64,000 nucleotides of DNA from Bugula neritina (lineage: Eukaryota; Animalia; Bryozoa): positions 31,123,504 through 31,187,503 of the forward strand of contig OZ037765.1 in assembly GCA_964035545.1 (NCBI GenBank), given 5' to 3'. Shown here piece after piece: positions 19,278 through 41,730 of this stretch. Below the pieces are notes generated by a model. That model saw only the letters and a list, made by a program, of their open reading frames with translations, was not told the origin of the DNA and did no database searches. The number at the start of each line of letters is the position of its first letter. Position 1 is the first letter of the stretch. Position numbers and translations under genes: made by a program.

Positions 19278-22200
19278 CTCTGTTTTCTACCAGAAATACA
19301 ATTTGCTATGTACATCAGTATTAAGTCATCGCATATACAGTTTTAATAGTTGTTACTCAAAGTACTTCTAACCAGCAACTTACCACTTAGCCATTTGACT
19401 TAAAAGAAAGAGAAATTATGTGGCGCAAAGTAACAAATCTCTTGCCAAGCACTGATTAATCGTGATTAATAAATCAAATTGATAACTACACTCGGCACTT
19501 ACACTGAATGCTCCGGTCGAACAGGTTTATATAACTCGTTTATAATGATCTCATATTTCATATAATCCCAATATCCTTGCCTGAGCAATGAAATGCAGAC
19601 AAAGTTGCTTCACTAGCAGATCTAACCTAATCTTTTGTGTACCTACTCTGAGAATCAAATCTGCTCAAATGCAAGTTCTTCCGGAGTACTTGCCATTTAA
19701 CTACTGACTATCCTGGTAGGCAATCACGCGTATCAACTTGCATTAAATTTATTATGTTTGATTTCCACTCTGAGTGGATTTATCACTTTAACAGCTACCA
19801 TGTCAATCAAGCATGAACATTTTATGAGGTCGCGGTGAGGGGATGTTCAACGCGTTATGATACAATACAGAACTGTTACAAGTGCTGACAAACGTGCGCA
19901 ATGACTCATTAGAAAGAGACGCTTTTAAAAATAAACCTGCACGGAGAAAAATCGTTGGTGTTGCTACAAAGTGCAATAAAAAAAGGCCTTTGAAATTAAG
20001 TATACGGAGCAGGTCATGAAAATGAATTTCACAAAATAAGTTAAACTTTCCAGCACCATCATGTACTTCAAATATGTAAAACATTACTTTATATAGAACG
20101 ATTTTCAATCACTTTTGTATAGATAACACATAGAATATTTGTAGACAGTGCATACACAAAGTATAGACAATGCATACACAAAGTATAGACAGTGAGTGTA
20201 TAGAGTATAGACTACAGACAGTAGCACCAATCAGTGTTTATGGTACACAATGGATGCAATGTGCTGTTGTTTCATAACCTATGTATAACTTTAATTACCA
20301 ATAAATAGGCAAAGTCTACTGACATATCCGAAGTTGTATAAATAAACAATATTTAATAATTGTTTTATGACTTCAAAAAATATGACAAACTTGCAAATAC
20401 ATAAGTTGCAAACAACCAAAACAAACATTATTATACTACTTTCAAATTTCGTACTACAATACTTGTAAATTCAGACATGAACTTGTATAAACGTTTATAC
20501 ATGCATATATTCCAAGTTTCTAGTTTTACCCATCACTGATTTTTGACTCATGTTGAACTTTACAGCAATAAACACCATTAGTAAATACAAGAATTATGTG
20601 AGAATATTTTCAATAGTTATACATACCACAGACCCAGACATGACTGATTTCATGGCTTAGTATCTTCATTAAATTAAACCTACAAAATAAACAATAATAA
20701 CTCACCTTAACACTACACAGGAATAGTTGTTGCACACAGGCTAAGTATTAAGTAGCTCAGTCTAACTCCAACTGTCTGACTGACAGACAGTGCAATCAGT
20801 TAAGTAACAGAAGTATAACAGCAAACATTCGGCTGTTAATGTGGATTATAAGGCACTATTGACTCAGGAAGCTGACTTAGAATACCAATCAACACAGCTT
20901 TTATCAAATGATTGATCCTGCCATGTAATTAACTCGCATCTATTAATACAAAGCATTATAATCTACACTTTTGATTAATCCACATTATATTATATATAAT
21001 AACCTACTTTAAATTATCAACCTCTTTCATATTATTCTTTTCAATGAGCTTATTGACTAAATTACACTTTTATTTTACTATATAATAAACTTTAGTGCAT
21101 TGGTAGTGTTGCTTTTCCATACAGCACGGTTTGTACATGCACCAAATACAATAGAGATAAATTAGTTTAAATAAAATAAATTATAATTTATTATTACTTG
21201 CGTCAGAGACACACTAATTGACTTATAAATCTTGTAAGTTTGATGATGCTGTAGGCAAATAAAAGCACACGCAGAGAAAGAAAAAAACTTAAAAGACCAA
21301 ACACAGTGGATGTGTTTTAATATAAGAGTTGTCCTTCCGTTTCTTTTTAGATTGAAGCAGACAAAGATGTACTATGTTGATTAAATTTGAGAGCAGATCA
21401 TAAACAAGTCTGTTTTATGTATTTCTTTTAACTAGTGCTAGAAAAGTGAACTATTCAACTTCCAATGTTTGTGGCTTAAATAACAGATTAGATTTTAATG
21501 GCGTTATCTGAACTAAAATTTGATATAGCTCTGTGTACCGATCTATAAGTATAAATTTATACAATTTTTTAGCAAGAATTAACAAAAGTAGGAGTGTGAT
21601 AAACTTTGAAATATTCTACTATAACTGATGGGAGAATCTTAATAAAGAGTCATATAAAATACGAGGTTAGCACTTGATATTCTTTTGTAACAAATTCTAA
21701 TTTCGAAATATAAAATTTTAACTCATTAGCTTGTTATGAGAAATAATGAGGAATTGAAACTTCAATTTGAGTATTTAAAAATGCAATATGGCCCAGTATA
21801 ATAGTCTAGTCAGTTAAAGTCAAAAAGTCAAGTTGGTATATTTTATGATTATAATTTCTATACAAACCCTTTTATATGCTAACAACATTTCTGGGCACAT
21901 TTTATAAAGATAAAATAATGTCTACTATAGGGAAGTTTTTACTCAAGTCTTACAGAATGCTTTCTGTATTCTCATCATCCAAAAAACTAACTTATTTATT
22001 TTCAGGAAAGATTAAATATTTTATATGAAGTTGTCTGCTCATATTGAAAAAAAGACTACAAAGGGCAAAACTGGTACAAGAAGATGTAGGTGCAGTAAAG
22101 GAGACATTGGAAAAAGCCTGTGTTCTAAATGAATTATGCAGCAAAAGGATTTTTATGTTCTCAAGAGATGTTCAATTTTTATGTTCTCAAGAGATGTTCA

Positions 22201-23601
22201 AACTCAAATCCAAAGTTTTTTTAGACAGGTGCAGAACATGGGTTATTGAAATTTTACAGTTATAAGAACTTCACGCAGATATTTGGGCTGACACTGCAAG
22301 ACTAGAAAGAAATGCTGATATAACTCAAAGCGGTCCTGAACAAGCCCCCCCCCCCTCCCAGAGGAAGTTGTTTGACTCAAAGGAATAGTTCACGACTCAG
22401 AGTAGAAATAGATGGATTGATATGACTCCATTGAGAAGGAGACTGAAGAGAAAAGTAGAGAAGAATCTTTAATCAGTTAACTGAAATACTAGCTCAGGTT
22501 GCTGGGGATGACTATCCCCCTCAAATGTAGTAGCTTTTAGTTTATAGAAATTTCACTGATCTATTTTCTATACTCATTGGCTCTAAAACTTATGGTAGCA
22601 TTACATGCTTTATGTGCTATGATTATCCTGTTACGTTATAAAAAATTGAAATTTTTACATTTTATTCCCAAAGTACTTCAACTAAAAATATCCTGATATT
22701 GAAGCCATGCTAAAGCACCAAGCACACACATAGCCTTGTCAGTTAAAGCAGCTACACAGTGCAAACTGGCTCTGCAGTGCATACATTTTTCATTACATGT
22801 GTCACCGCCTGGTCTCAGATGCATAATTTACAAATAATTGCTCAGCTCTGTTGCTGATTAAAGTAGTTATTGATAGAACCAACTGATATCTGAACTTTTT
22901 CTACGAGCAGCGACTACTAAACTAAAAGTACTGTGCGGTCAGCAAAGTGGACCTTGGCCATTTCCACACTATATTAGGAATCTAAACTCATAATAAATTA
23001 TTATGACAAACATTGTCTCCAGGTCCCACACCCACTATGAAAGGCTATGTACAAGCTGTAGTGACTAACTGTAAGTTATCTGTATTGGTTGAGTGGGAAA
23101 CAACTTTGTTGACTTCTGGAGTCGAAGTGTATGACCTCATTGCTGCCACAGCATACCAAAACTGACATTGTTATTTTATTTGCATCATGTCTGTTATAAC
23201 AATACAAAGAATGCAGGCTTGACCCAGTTGTGTGTAAGAATGAAGACAATCAGTTTACAAAATGCTACTATAACCACTATTTTAATGTAAGCTTGCTGTA
23301 TAACTTTATTATGATAGAAAGCTATAGGCGATATGATTACATAAATTGGGCCTTGTAGTATGATTAGTAAGTAAAATATATTCCTCTATGGGAGACAATT
23401 CCTGTATACTAACAAACTTACTTTAGACTTGGACTTGAAACAGTATGTAAAACTGTTTATACATAGATAACAGTAGCATAATATTATTATAATTATATTA
23501 TTTAAGCTCAATGTAACAAGTTGAAGAAACTAACACACTGATAGTTTGAAGCCCTACAGCACTAATTTGCTTAGCAGAGTAGAAGGTATAAACGCAACTT
23601 A

Positions 23602-24059
23602 AAGCTGCGTTTATACCTTCACGATTTTCGGTCAAAAATTCAATTTGGCCGGGTTGAAATTTCTCCGAGTTGCATTGCATTGTAAAAGGCACTCGTTGAA
23701 ATTTTTGTACTGTGATAACTTAATCGGCCAATTTTAGAATAGGAGTAATAACTCCTTGTAAACATCGTTATTTAGTTATTACTTTGGCGATTAGACAACG
23801 TACTTATACGACTTATACGGTTATAATTATATAGCCTACGCTTTCTCAATTATCGCTTTTATGCTTTCTGCTTCACTAATTCACGACGTTTATAAAGGGC
23901 ATCAAATAGCTATTATGCGAGTCAAATTTCAATTTCAGAAAGTGAGCAACCGCATCAATATGATTTCAACGAGTTTAAGTTTAACTATAAAGGGGTACCC
24001 GGACAAGCATTATTAACTTAAACTCGGTACTTTTTTCAGCAGAGGTATAAACGCAACTT
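23602..24059. mobile_element. MITE (non-autonomous DNA transposon), ~458 bp, TA-flanked
   Basis: TIRs AAGCTGCGTTTATACCT (23602) and AGGTATAAACGCAACTT (ends 24059), 1 mismatch; TA on both sides; internal inverted pair ACTCGTTGAAAT/ATTTCAACGAGT; CpG-rich compared with its flanks. Confidence 0.8.
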
Positions 24060-25847
24060 TATCCTTGACACCAGACCAACCTTGAGATGGAAGATTATTT
24101 CTTTATATTATTATTATATTATATTATTATACTCTATTGATCTAATAAATTTTTTATAAATATCGCATAAATAACGCTTATAAAATGCAATTTTATATTT
24201 TATAAACAAGTGCGAATTTTGTTTTTTTCACTGTGAAAATCAAGTATGAATTTGAGAAGGATGTTCTAAAATAAAGTACACGCTGCAAAGTTACTAAACT
24301 TAATGCTAGAATAACAAAGACTATAGCAGATTTTGAAAGTTTCTAAAACCAATTTTTAAAAGACGATGTTTTACAATCTACAGCATTATGTCTGGAAATT
24401 GTCTTTCCCCTATGGAAACGGTAAACACGAAATGAGGTCTCAATTATATTATAATGTCACTCTAGCAATCATCAATAATATACCATCAGCAAGACATGAA
24501 CAAAACTTAGTTTAGGAATTTTATGTTTCCATAAATAGACACTAAGTGATATCAACAAACCATTACCCAATACTGTATACCGTAATTTCACATTAATTAT
24601 AAACAATACAGACCATTTTCTCAAACACTGACATTTTCTCAACGCTATACTGTTGAGATAGTATACGTTGCATCTATTAAAAGTCTAAAGTTTAGACTCT
24701 AAACTATTACATGCAGTCTATAGATGTCTAGCAGTTTAAACGTTTCTTATATAATACTGAGATTGCATTAAAACTTATACACTGACAAAAACTGTACACA
24801 CATCATTTTCAAAATTAAAAGTTTCTAGCAGCTTTAAATCTAATAAAAAAATATTTTATAATATTTTTAGTGGATTGAAAAAGTGTAGGTCTGAAAAAGA
24901 TCTAGCATAACATATTTTACACAATGCTCCTAGAAATTGCTTTGAATTGTTTGCAGATTTGAGTCTGCTTTGAAAATAGTAGATGCCAATTATAATAACC
25001 GAGTGTCACATATCTCAATCAATATACACATTGTATTTCATACAAAGCTAGATAATCTACTTCTACCTTATGTTGCAGAAAACATCTAATCCTATGAAAT
25101 GGATTCTACTGATTCAAATAATGAATGTTTGGACAGCATTACAGGTATACTTTGATTATCGAAACTGGGTCTAACCAAACAAAGTATTAAAGGTACCCAA
25201 TTTGCTAAAAGTTTGGTCAAAAAGTCAATACAAAAGGCATATTAAAGGGGCGAACTTTGGGTCTTGAAACATCAAATAAATTCTAGCTGAAGAGGATAAT
25301 TTTGTTAATTGACTAAAAAACTTAAACTTTTTAATAATAATTTCAATGTGCTTCTAGTATATAGTTTTACAATATATATTAAACTTTCCTATAAAAAAAT
25401 TATTTTCTTTACTCTCAATTACTATCTGTAACTTTCAATCAGAAGAGTGACTTCAATAGAACTTATCAAAGAGACTAAACACCAGCATGTATGCTATGCC
25501 AGCATACTGATTGTAGTTGTAACTTGTAAGATGATATGATAAAGGAACATAATTGCAATTAGTTGAGAGTTTGAAATGACTTCTAAATTGTTAAACCTCA
25601 GAGTAAATAACATGTTCACGGTGTATAGTGTTACAATTACAATGGATAGTACATTACTACAAGATTCTAATGTGTACTAACTTGCAACATATTAAAGTAC
25701 ACTAGCAGTGGAATGTAGTCTATAATATCATTCATATGTTAAATTATGATTGCTTGTCAATGTGGTTTGATAACTTGAAAACATTTTAGTTTATACTCTA
25801 GCATAGATTTTTACTTTATAAAGTCAACCTTTCCTTATTAATTTTAC

Positions 25848-26042
25848 TGTCTGCACTACTCTATCTGCACTACTCTATCTACAGTACTCTGCACTACACT
25901 ATCTGCACTACTCTATCTGCACTACTCTATCTACAGTACTCTGCACTACACTATCTGCACTATTCTATCTGCACTACTCTATCTACACTACTCTGCAATA
26001 TTCTGTCTGCACCACTCTATCTGCACTGCTCTACCTGCACTA
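25848..26042. repeat. ~14-bp minisatellite (CTCTATCTGCACTA)
   Basis: Directly visible degenerate tandem copies. Confidence 0.9.
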
Positions 26043-29000
26043 TTTTGCTATTCACACACAGGTACACTTACTATTGGAGGTCTAGAAATTTAACTAAGGT
26101 ATAAGAGACAACTCAGCTCCAAGCTGCATGTAAATAAATACTTCTGCATAACACCATCTATTGCAATTCATAAAAGGCCAAAATATTATTAATAATTTCA
26201 TAAAAATTTGGCATGACAACTTGTGAACAAGCAATTTGACTTTTGTGCAAACTTTTTTAGTATTTATAGTTGGAAGTTTTTAAGTCTGTAAGTGGTCAGG
26301 GTTGAGAAGTCTGCGCAACCATAGTTTACAACTTAAATATTAAAGTACCCAAGGCTTCAGTTTCTCTAATCTGTTTCCATGGTCTATTGTTTGCTACCAT
26401 ACACACAATTTCTATTTTAGTATCTTGGCAGAAAGCTGTGTTTTATCATGCATTGACATAGCACGCACATGACACTCAAACAAAATGTATGATAGGTCAA
26501 TCACTGCCTAAAATGTCTCTAAAAATGTGAAACTTGCTTTAAGATGGCAACAGAAACCATCTACAGACAATTTTTGTTGGACATTCTTAAAAACAAAGCA
26601 ATTTGATGTAAAAGAAAAATACTGAAAAGAATTACAAGGCATTGACACAGCTGGTAAATAACAATGCATGTAAATTTTGCTCACATAATTATAATATGTA
26701 GACCAAATACATTTTTCCCCCATCAGTTTATAAGGCCATGTAAAAAATACATTGTATGTTACAGTAAATTCAATATAGCTACGGCTATCTGGGTATTATA
26801 CTAACATCAGACCAGCTGTAAAAGTGACACGCAGAGTCTAGAATGAATATCAGTCATCAATACAAATTACTTTACAGACACATAATGAAAGTAAAGTGGC
26901 AGTTGTAAGTCAAATCCTGCACAAGAACAAAGTAAAATATTCTAAACCCAGATGTGCAAATAAAATCTATTTCAGTAAGTAGCTAGTATGTATAATTAAC
27001 TGGCCTAACTACTAATTACCTCACTAAAATTTTAGTCAACCTGCTTATTATTGTAACTATGCTATTAGACTACATGCTACAGGCAGCGCTCTTACCATGT
27101 AACTAGATGCTGACAATATCCACAGTCCCTTTCTCCCACTGCTAAGGGATCTATGTCACAGCTAGAAGAAAATTATCAAGTGTGTAGGTCGAAAGGTTGC
27201 AAGTCAGTTTATTGAATGCCAGGCCTATAGACTGGCTTAGCTCTCCTATGCCTAACTTCTCTATACAAATGAAATTCAATAAGATAAAAATAACTCAATT
27301 CAAACTGGTGTGAAATGTAGGGTTATATATTCAGTAGAGACAAAACAACTTATGCAAGCGTAGCTTACCTCTAAAAAACACTTTACTAAATACACTTGGA
27401 GAATTCTATAGCATAAAAATCTCCCTAGGTATTGAGTTCAAAGAGATAAACTCGAAGGTTTGAATCGTTCACATGGGACCTTTTCAGTTAAACGAGCCTG
27501 AAATACACATAATAAACATGGCTGTGTACAGTGCAGTAGTGCAGTAGACGATGTAATCATGAAGTGCTTTACAGGAAGATAAAAGCCTATTTTATAGCAA
27601 TGTGTGCTAAACACTTACCCAGTAGACTGCTGCTTGCGACAGCCTCTTATATCATAAGTCATCTTTTAACAGCTTAATTAGGTTATGGCAGAGAAAACTA
27701 ATAGCCATACACTCTCAGCAGCTAATGCGATTAGTCATAGATTTAGAGAAAAAAACCATGTGTCAGTGAGTGGAGGCAATAGGCACCCGACTTATTGAAC
27801 TACATCAAGAGTATAGGTCCAATGGCTGCGTTAGTAAATTTGTAACCCGAGAATGCTAGATACTTGACTGTCTACTGAAGAGAAGATATCGGTGTAAAGG
27901 CAGTTTACAGAAACCTTATAAATAGTCAGCAATAATCAATTCTTTTAAATCAACATTGTTACATAGTTCCATATCAGCTATTAGCAGCTTTATCTGTAAC
28001 TACGACTACCTTAACTTGGAAATAATACTTGCACATTAACCATGTTTAATTACTACAAAAATCAATGCTAGTCTAGACGTATAGGCGATTATTTTCACTT
28101 TTATATGGTATATAATATATACTGTATGTGGTTTTATTTTAACACTAAATTTAAACAAAAATTGGTTACAAGGTGGCAATAGGCAATAATATACTAAAGT
28201 AGAATAAAATTGAAAAAATTTAAAAGCATTTATGTGAACTTTATTAAAATGTTTTTGAAATTCTGAAGAGTTACTTACTTGCTGTAAGCATGTCATCGGC
28301 AATGATAACTACTCGGTGAAATGTGTGGAACAAAGAAAATAAATTTCTGGAATTGTCATCATCTCTCTCTACTTAGCCTACGTATATCAAGAGAGCTCAT
28401 TGTTGCCAACCTCCTACCACATCGTATAAACAAATGCTAGTGGTTACATCAGATCTATTATCTCACATGTTATCCTGCTAGCCTTCAGTTAGTTTAGACT
28501 TTAGAGAACTATGTACTACAGCAGCAGCAGTGGTAACGGAAAACCCTGTGCTTTAGTTGAGAAATACAGCAAAAAAAATCAGAATTTCAACTCGTGCCCC
28601 TAGCTAAAACTCATAGAGGCAAGCTAAGAACTTAGACTAATAAAATTTCTTGTTGCTGTACCTAAAAGATATGAATCACTGCTCTCATTAAAGGATTTTA
28701 TGTCTATGAACTATAATACTTTAAATACAAAGTATATCTTATGACTGAACACACTTACCACTTGAAGTGTATTAACAGAGAGCTTCACAACTCAAGCAAC
28801 TGCTGATTAATGCCGGTCCTAATGCCTTTTCCTGTTTTGCTGTCAGCAATACCTGCAGGCAACTGCTGGTGCATGTCACAACTTTACAACTAAAAGTATA
28901 ACAAAGAGATGAATGAATGTCATAAGCTGTTGAGAGAAAATTAGCAACATTTAGCAGCAACTAATAGAACCTGGTAGAAGGAGTAGTGTGTAGACCAGAG

Positions 29001-29382
29001 GGCATTGACTGGAGGCTAATTAGTATAAACAGAGTATTTACTATGAAATATAGAATGAGTGATACTCCATCAGTGATATTTACAGTCTGATGTATTGTGC
29101 AACTTTTGGTAATGAGCAGACAACTTTCTGTTGAAATCTAAAACCTTACTATTTCTAAATAGCACCTGCTATTAAATAACATTCCGTGTCACTTGTTTGC
29201 ACATTACACAGCATTGCTATTCTATTTTCAGTTGGTAATAGATAAGGAAGTTGTCTTAGCATGACTTTTAGCTCTAGAACGATGTAGGCAGATCAGGCAT
29301 TGCTGCTCGTCACCAACAAGACTTAGGAGTTATATACTTGAAATTCATTGTATGAAAAGTCAAAAGGTGTATACTGTATCAG

Positions 29383-29860
29383 TTTGATTGATTGATTGAT
29401 TGATTTATTTATTTATTGCGTATCACAGACATGAAAACACGTGTAAACCCTGGCTATAATAAGTAGATATGAACGAAAATGGGAAAAAAGTCAAAACTCT
29501 GTTGATTATTTAAAATAAAAGATAATTGTATTTATACAAATCTGTGCGGAGTTGTCCTCACAGCTCACTCCACTTTGTGAAGAACATGACTCCCCAGTTA
29601 GCAAATCCTCTAGTAACTAACTCAGATTTGAAAACTCTGATCACTAGGTTTTTCAACAGAATATAACTGTTTTGCTCGAAACATACTGAGAATATAGTTT
29701 TGAAGGGTTTTAGAGTAACTCAGAGTTAAATTATAATTGAGTTCCATTTCTCACCCATATTAATCATATAATTTGATCATGTATACATCTGTCAAGCAAG
29801 TGTATAGTATACGTTTGTCATGTTAGACAGGTGCCTTCAGTACTAATATTGCAAATAGTT
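29383..29860 (-). mobile_element. 3' remnant of a non-LTR retrotransposon (CR1/L2-like)
   Basis: Minus strand ends in AATAAATAAATAAATCAATCAATCAATC; upstream degenerate translation GEKWNS...TLKPFKT resembles the WN-x-LP...FK terminus of CR1/L2 ORF2. Confidence 0.45.
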
Positions 29861-32216
29861 GCTGCTAATTTGTGTGATTAAGATTAACAAACCCCAAATT
29901 GAACAATAATATTATTTACGAACCACAAATATGTAAAAGAATAGTGCAGCAAATAATATCAATAATACACATTTTTAGGCCCTTCATAATATTTATATAC
30001 CTATTTTTATTTGAGCTGATGATAAATACTAAATTATATTAAATAAAATATATACCTAAATTTGGCTATCGTAATAATTTCACTAACCTTTTACATACAT
30101 ACTGTTATAAAATGTCGTGCAAGTTGGTGAGGATTGTAGCTATGTTGAGATTGGAGTTATGACATCATAGCTTTTGGTATGGATATAGCTTTGCGATAGC
30201 TGTGAATTGAATGCACATGTGTACAGCTGGGGACTTGTGATTCTAGCGTGAACCTAGTAAGTTGGGCTAATCCTACAGATAATACCTAATTAGTTATAGT
30301 TATGTACTCTTTATTTAGTTAATATGTTATTCTAAAATCTATACAGTTTTAAGGATAATATATATGTTCACATTTTTTATTTTAGATTTATAGTAACCTT
30401 GACAGGATGTTATATTCTTTCAATATTTCAAGCAGATTTTATTCTCATAACATATTTAATGATTAGCTTACAATTGCTCATTGATTTGCTACTGAAACTT
30501 TGCTTCCATTTCCTTTGCTGTGTTCAAAGGCAAACAACTTCTCATATAATCATAATTTACTAAAATAAAGGCATTAGAATGTGTACCACCACTCCTCCTC
30601 CACTGACGTCAACAGTATCTAATAGCTGATAATTATATGCTAACCAGCTTTCATAAAAATACTTTATTAGATTGTAAAAACATGCTTCAACTATAACTGT
30701 TTACATGTATATAAAAATATATGCTTGCAATAATAACATAATAATATATTGTAATTAAAAACAACAATTTAATCAAAATGAAGCATTTCATTATAAAATT
30801 TGCTATGATATAAAATAGTAGATTTTATGAGGCAGAATTACTGTTTTTTGCAAATAATGTCATTTTTATTGACTAAAATGCATATTTATTTTGTCAGTTT
30901 ATAGAATTTGGTTTGTCAATTTGTCAATTTGCATCTGATGATTTATTAATAAGAAAAGCTGAGGCAGTAGATGGGTGGGGGTTGGTGGCCAACTGAATAC
31001 AGGAAATTAATAAACACATTTTTGGCAACCAAATCCTGCGGATAATATCATACATACTGTCACATAAATAACATATTACAACATATGCTATAACTATAAC
31101 TATAACATTAAGTTACTATAACATTTATGTGCATGTATCAGAAAATAAATTGGTATAAATACATGCACTGATTTATTTGAAGGCTAAAGTGTTATAAAAA
31201 TATACATTTTATATAAGCTACAGTGTTTTGCATATTGGTAGTTGTGTCTCCTTTTTATATGTTGTGGTACTGGCTGCCAAACAGGTGCGAAGATCCCCTC
31301 TAAACATTTGGAGTGATGCTTATCACTACCTGCTTGCTGTTAGGAGAAAAAAATTCTAGTATATTAAGTTTAATTTATTGGATACACATAGCCAAGAGCT
31401 ATAAAGTTGCAAGCACCAAAGGACAATCCAAAATAACCATAATTCTTTAAAATTACTTAATTGCAACTGATATACACTAAGGCCTAAGCTCTCTCAAAGT
31501 TATGGTCACTACATATTATAATTACAATAAAACATAAATTGCATACTGTATCCTATATAGTTTATAAAGGCTGCATCAAGGTATTATAAAATTAGAATAG
31601 TATACATTATAAAGTTTGATAAAATATTTCTATAATAATTATGTAACATGATACATAAACTACATATTATTCCGTTTAACAAAATAACTGGATTCAATGC
31701 CTACAACAAGCTACCCTGCCACTACCAGGTCACCCTGTATGCTTGGATTATAGACACATAATAACATGGTAGCAATCACTGAAATATAACTAGGTATCAT
31801 ATTATTTCAGTGGATAACAATTAGCAAAATATCTAGCAATAGCCAAAGGACTTTCTGGTTTGCAGATTGCAGTGATTCTGCTGGTAGTGAAACAGCGAGT
31901 ACAGTAATGATTGTTCTTACATAATATAGTAAGTAGAAGAGAGTTTAATAATAAACGAAAAATAGGTCACGTTTAACGATTATTTAGTATATTTTGTGAC
32001 CTATAAAATGCCTAAACTTTTGTTAGATTTGCTGTGCACGGAGTGATATTTAACCTTTAACCTTTTGGCTGTGCATAAGCCGGCATCCGGATATGGGTAA
32101 ACCTTTAATTTACATATAAATTTTATACAGGTTCCAAGTCTATGTTCATATTGATATTAATATTTACATCGTTCGCGTATTTTAGTGATATATTTCAAGC
32201 ATTCTAAACCATCACC

Positions 32217-40114
<7,898 letters not shown>

Positions 40115-41435
40115 ATGTTTACTTGAAAGAATTATTATTATACAATATTAATTACATTTATCCAGTCCATTGTTTGGTAAAGGAAAAATTGGTACATAAA
40201 ATTTTATACACCAAGTGATCTACAATTAACAGCAGAGGCTGGAGTGAATTAGCCAGTCTGGGCAAAAGTTGATCGGATTTATTAAAGAAGACATTTATGT
40301 GTAAGCAGCTTCCATTAATGAAAGATAACAAAGTAAAAATTAGTAGTAACCTCTGATTAACCTCTCGGAGGTATGCCAACACAATACTAATAAATAAACC
40401 AGCTTCTCCAGACAGAATACAACGTTTGAACTCATTGCCGTGCATTGTTATTATCAGATGACAATAGATGATGCTAAATACTCATCTGGACATGCGTATT
40501 GTATACTCTGAACTTTAGCTGACCCAACTCCATTTACAATGAAATTATCTATAGATGCCTTACTATTATTTCTTGTATTTTGTGCTAAAATGTTGCATTT
40601 GTATTCTTTATTTTTAAATTAGGATATTGTGAAAAGCGTTTTTCTTTATAGTAGTGTTTATAAGTGACTGAAGAGCTTTGTCTATATTGTTTTGTTATCA
40701 TCTAATAAACAATGAAGGTGTGAGATGTGTTGTCTTGTGTTGTACTCCTCAATAGCCCCAAGCTCCTTGCTGCTCCTAATTAGCATATCCGCTGAGGTTC
40801 GTTGCCCCTGGGCTCTGCCCTATCAGCACGGCGAGCAGACTCTATTTGGCAGCTGTTTATACTTGTACTACCCACTATATGACACAGATATCAAATTGTT
40901 ACTTTATAGCGGGCATACATCAAAGGAAATACAGTCAGTTAATTTTTACAGACTTCAGATCCGAGACTTTATTATCTTGAACATTTAGATCAGGTGACCC
41001 TGAGGCAAGATGCTGGAGATTTCGAGACTTGTAGGCACCCAAACTTATCAGCTTCAAAATAATGTGGAAGATTTTATGGTAGCTTGAAGCCCTGAAACAT
41101 CATGCTATTGAAATGCACTAAATATTTGCAAGTTATGGGCACATAGATCATTTCAAACTTCAACTATTCTATTCATGGAATTTGTTAAACTAGTTAACAT
41201 GGAAGAAACTTTTTTCTAATGCCTCATTGTAAGTTGCAGTGGGAATTGCCATTTTTCTGTTTAATATTTGAATTAAAAAACTTAAATTAATGTCTTTACA
41301 GCCCTTTTGTAATGCCGCATTAACTTAATAAGCACATACTTGTTGCAAATCATTAGACAAGCAGGTATTTATTAGCTTTGTGGAGTTTTTCTATTTTGTT
41401 TTTATAACTCACAACCTATCATATTACTTGAATAT

Positions 41436-41550
41436 GCCTGAGGCAGTGTTCGTGACACCTAAAGCTATGCTACGCCACACTGGTTTTTATTAAGTGGTCC
41501 AATCACAAACCAGCCCTCCAGCCTTGCCTGCAGCTCTACTCCATATATAA
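41436..41550 (+). promoter_or_regulatory. KCTD1/15 proximal promoter: AP-2 site GCCTGAGGC (41436-41444), CCAAT (41499-41503), TATATAA (41544-41550)
   Basis: Canonical order and spacing upstream of the first coding exon. Confidence 0.6.
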
Positions 41551-41730
41551 GTGCAACTGGAGCGTATAAACACAATGCATTGTACCTCTCAGACCAATAA
41601 CACTTCTCAAAGCAGAGTTAAAGAAGCACCAGTTGATAATTTATTGTGGTGACAGCACGTTGAGTTAGCCAGCAGTCGTTCAGTTATACTCCTAGTTGAC
41701 TTGATGACATCTAAGCTGTAGCAAGTATCA

